Of a stretch of 64,000 nucleotides of DNA, positions 62,530-64,000 are shown one piece after another. Within the stretch, counting starts at the first letter, position 1; each line of letters begins with the position of its first letter. This DNA comes from a bacterium (GTDB taxonomy: Bacteria; UBA8248), in contig OZ242260.1 of the NCBI GenBank assembly GCA_965207065.1, positions 3,104,001 to 3,168,000 of the forward strand, written 5' to 3'. The notes below the pieces were generated by a model. That model saw nothing but the letters and a program-made list of their open reading frames with translations, had not been told where the DNA came from and did not search any database. Both the position numbers and the translations under genes were made by a program.

Positions 62530-64000
62530 CTTCGAGCCTCTCCGCCACCGCGTGAGCCGCCAAAACGCCCGTTTCCAACACCGGGTTTTTCAACAGCCCC
62601 CTTTATGCAAGAGTTGGTTCGTGGTGTGGCGGACGGGCCGATACCAGAGATTGAGGATACGTATCCCGTCGCTGGCCGGCTTTCGTGAGTCATAAGGCAA
62701 AGACAGAAACTACCTCAGGCCAACGCTGACGTCGCCCCCTTCTTAATATTCCCTTAGAAATTGCGAAAAATTTTACCAAATCTCCCCATATATAGGGAAG
62801 CGCAGAAACGTGCAATTTTCTATACTTTAATTATTGTCAGATTGTTTGGACTCGCAGAATTGAAATGGACCGAAACGATTGCACCGGACGACATAACAGG
62901 TGATTTTGTGTTTCTTATCCTAGGTGGAATCTGCATACTATTGCGTAGCGTTGGGCGAAGCTGCCTAATTGTGGAGGGCTCCCTTTCATACGCGCGTATC
63001 GTGTGGCGGAAGAAATCAGAGTACGGCGCGTTAGTATGCATGGGAGCACATCGACTATGATGGTGGATGAAGGCGGAAGAGCCGTAAATAGTAGGTGGTC
63101 AGATGAAATTTTAGAAGGATATATCACAATCAGGACTCAGGCGATGCGGAAGAGTTCCCCAATCCGCGTTTTGCTCGCCGCTTTATACACCTCCATGAAT
63201 TTTTTTACAGTTTCGTTGCGAAACCCTGATTCAGCACTTACCCAGTTGCGCAATCCGCATGGCGAAGCGTTGGTCATCGGCAAAAAGCACTACAGCCGCC
63301 GAATTATTCCCGACGTTTCGTTCGCTTGCCAAACTACGATGCTTTTCGGCTGTATGTGGAAAACGATCTCGGCTTTCATCCGAAAAACATCAATAAACAT
63401 CGAGAAGCGAGCGCAGTTGCTCTGCACTTTCGGTCGAAATCAAGGCAAGGTGAGCGATCTTCTGGTGAGAATTCTCCCGGACAGTAATCAGAAAGTTGTT
63501 CTCTACAAGCCAGGTCATGGGACAGCGAGCTTGAGAGACGGAAACGGCCGCCTCCTTCCGGCGGATATCTCTCCTCGCGAGGCGCAGGAAGAGGGATTGC
63601 CGCTCGAACTTCTACATTCTGCACCAGGGGATCTCTCGAACACAAAAAGCTTACAGCTGAACCAGAGCGTATGTTTCTCGGGGGCGGGTGATGAAGGCCG
63701 ACTCGTGCACAGTGCCAGTCATGTGATTGTGCGCCCGGCATTGCCAAAGGGTCTGGCGGGAAAGGTGTCGGCGGCCGGACCGGATTGCCGGGATGCAACC
63801 GCGTTGTCGGCTTACATATGGAGTCGTTCCGCTGTAGGGAGCGTAATTCTTCCGTATGAGCGTCGGCATAGCGAAGTGAGTTGCCACCTGCCGTCGATGC
63901 GCACGTTTCAAGATATTCAATTTTCGGTGGCGCCCTTCGTGACCGCTTCCGGAGCTATACTTGTCGAGTCCCGGCGGCGTGCGCATCACGGCGCCCATGT

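Noticed and set aside
62700-64000. ORFs at the right edge of the window
   Set aside because: No recognisable motifs in any frame; a call cannot be supported.

Overview
Bacterial chromosomal window with three parts. (1) 1-15.4 kb is housekeeping: obgE-proB-nadD-rsfS-dksA-like-lapA/B-like, rpiB-nrdR, a CoA-transferase, eno, an SDR, RidA, a TPR protein and tkt. (2) 16.1-22.0 kb is an accessory cassette: a secreted protein with a tandem poly-Asp tract and two TbpB-like barrel domains, followed on the same strand by a vitamin K-dependent carboxylase (HTTM) homologue and a DCC1-like CxxC oxidoreductase, plus a convergent membrane LuxR regulator. This is my best candidate for an undescribed system, namely carboxylation of a poly-Asp surface protein. 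The cassette is followed by ctpA and a GTAG-type REP cluster. (3) About 24.1-61.1 kb is a large integrative element with uncertain ends. It carries two tandem tyrosine integrases plus an orphan integrase 3' end, and a CapH/CapP-type regulated CBASS (DUF2188, CD-NTase with AGS-C, 2TM-SAVED). Its backbone is ParB, GHKL ATPase, DUF2958, strawberry-notch, toprim, SSB and DUF2493, and it is interrupted by a precisely mappable RIT element with 88-bp inverted repeats. A second defence cluster holds an RM pair, GmrSD and a SIR2-STAND-TPR protein. No rRNA, tRNA or CRISPR array was recognised. All family calls come from motif recognition by eye, not database searches.
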